A DNA stretch of 64,000 nucleotides from Podarcis erhardii. Lineage: Eukaryota. This document shows positions 62,830 through 64,000 of this stretch, piece after piece; the first letter of the stretch is position 1; the number at the start of each line of letters is the position of its first letter. The notes beneath the pieces are model-generated. The model was not told the DNA's origin, searched no databases, and worked only from the letters and a program-made list of their open reading frames with translations. The position numbers and the translations under genes were made by a program. Location of the stretch: NCBI GenBank assembly GCA_964252035.1, contig OZ176209.1; one strand, 5' to 3'.

Positions 62830-63829
62830 GCTCTAAGCAATATAAGGCAAAAAAATCATGCAAAAATAAATGCCTTTAGACAGTGTTTTTTTCAGCCAGA
62901 ACTCGCCAGAATTCAGTTCTGGCACCTCTCAGGTGAGTGCCATTGCTATTCTAAGAAAACAATTATTCTTTTCTGTACATTACGGGTGACGTTCTTTCCC
63001 TCCACCACCCTTAAAATGAATGGTGAATTATGTAAAAGTGACATAAAAGTGCTTGAAGTGCATGGCATGGGTGCAACCTAATTTGTAAACATCCTGTGTA
63101 GGGACCAAAGCAGCAAGTCCATCAATCAGGCAACTTAACTACAACTTTAACAGCAAATATGAGAAGCAGACTGCACTTCCAAAAGGGATTGTGAAGCCTG
63201 AGGTGGGGTGAACACTCTGTGGGAAGGCACTGTTACAGCTGAAAGGCATAACATCTTTAGTGTGTTGTGTGAATTAGCATGTTGTGCATGCTGAGACCCA
63301 GCTATGCATACCTCTTGATACAGACTAGGGAGAGTGCTAGAAATTATAGTGAATAAAAAGCCAACAGGCAAAATTGAATGACTGTACTGCCAGCTTCTGC
63401 TTTTCAAACCACAAATTCTTTTAATTATTCTCACACCTCGTCTCTCAACATAGTGCTGCAATATTACAGCAATGAAAAAGAGCATCAGTTATCACCTTTT
63501 GTTTGGCATTCCAATAAAGTTAAGCATATTTCTACTCTACACTAAACCCATCAGTATCACATATACGTTACACCATGTTATCATATATGATCCTGGCAAC
63601 TCCCAGTGTTTAATGTACCATCCTCTCCCGTTGGGAAGCAGTTTAATAAATACATAGCTGCCTTAAACCAAGTCCCTTCTAGTTCACTATGTGTTTCAGC
63701 AGAAATCTTCTCCAACACCTGAAAACGCCAGGGATTGAGAACCTGGAAGCATCTGCGTGCAAAGCAGACTCTGAGCTTCAATGCCTGCCTTCGACCCTTC
63801 CTAAGACTTAGCATGCTAAAAATCCTGGC

Positions 63830-64000
63830 TCCTACTGCGACTATCCCGTGAAATCTCCGTCTCTGGAGCGCTTTCCCTCCTTGGACACAAATGCCTGCTG
63901 CAAAATCGCCGTCTGCTCCGCAGCCTGAGGGATTATCCGTCTAGCGGCACTCTGGACGCGCCCAGAGGCACCCCACTCCACATAACCCAAGGCTCAACTT
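63830..64000. promoter_or_regulatory. Edge of a CpG-rich region, probably the flank of the PRDM4 promoter/exon 1 beyond the window
   Basis: CpG density rises in the last ~170 nt, and PRDM4 transcription points from this side. Confidence 0.35.

Overview
Eukaryotic genomic DNA from a squamate reptile, probably a lacertid lizard (judged from the Sauria SINE copies and other lizard-type repeats). The window holds the vertebrate syntenic block BTBD11(ABTB3)-PWP1-PRDM4. (1) The last six coding exons of BTBD11 lie on + (5147-13515). (2) A complete 15-exon PWP1 lies on + (31427-46848; 1503 nt CDS, 500 aa) behind a CpG-island promoter and has one GC-AG intron. (3) Ten coding exons of PRDM4 lie on - (47893-59402; 792 aa from the first exon-internal ATG), converging on PWP1. 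Exons were placed by hand from splice dinucleotides and phase continuity. Gene identities come from recalled vertebrate orthologue sequences; no database search was run. Introns and the intergenic region carry many SINEs, CR1/L2 fragments and hAT, Tc1/mariner and Harbinger MITEs. Most ORFs in the supplied track are spurious. The most notable observations: two TSD-flanked, inverted Penelope-like insertions upstream of the PRDM4 coding exons contain minimal hammerhead ribozyme motifs, and the copies on the PRDM4 sense strand look disabled; a strong-Kozak 31-codon uORF followed directly by an ATG-TGA start-stop lies in a putative PRDM4 5'UTR exon bracketed by an inverted MITE pair; the PWP1 and PRDM4 3'UTRs may overlap; and two Sauria SINEs sit in tandem at one target site. 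No rRNA, true tRNA or CRISPR was found.
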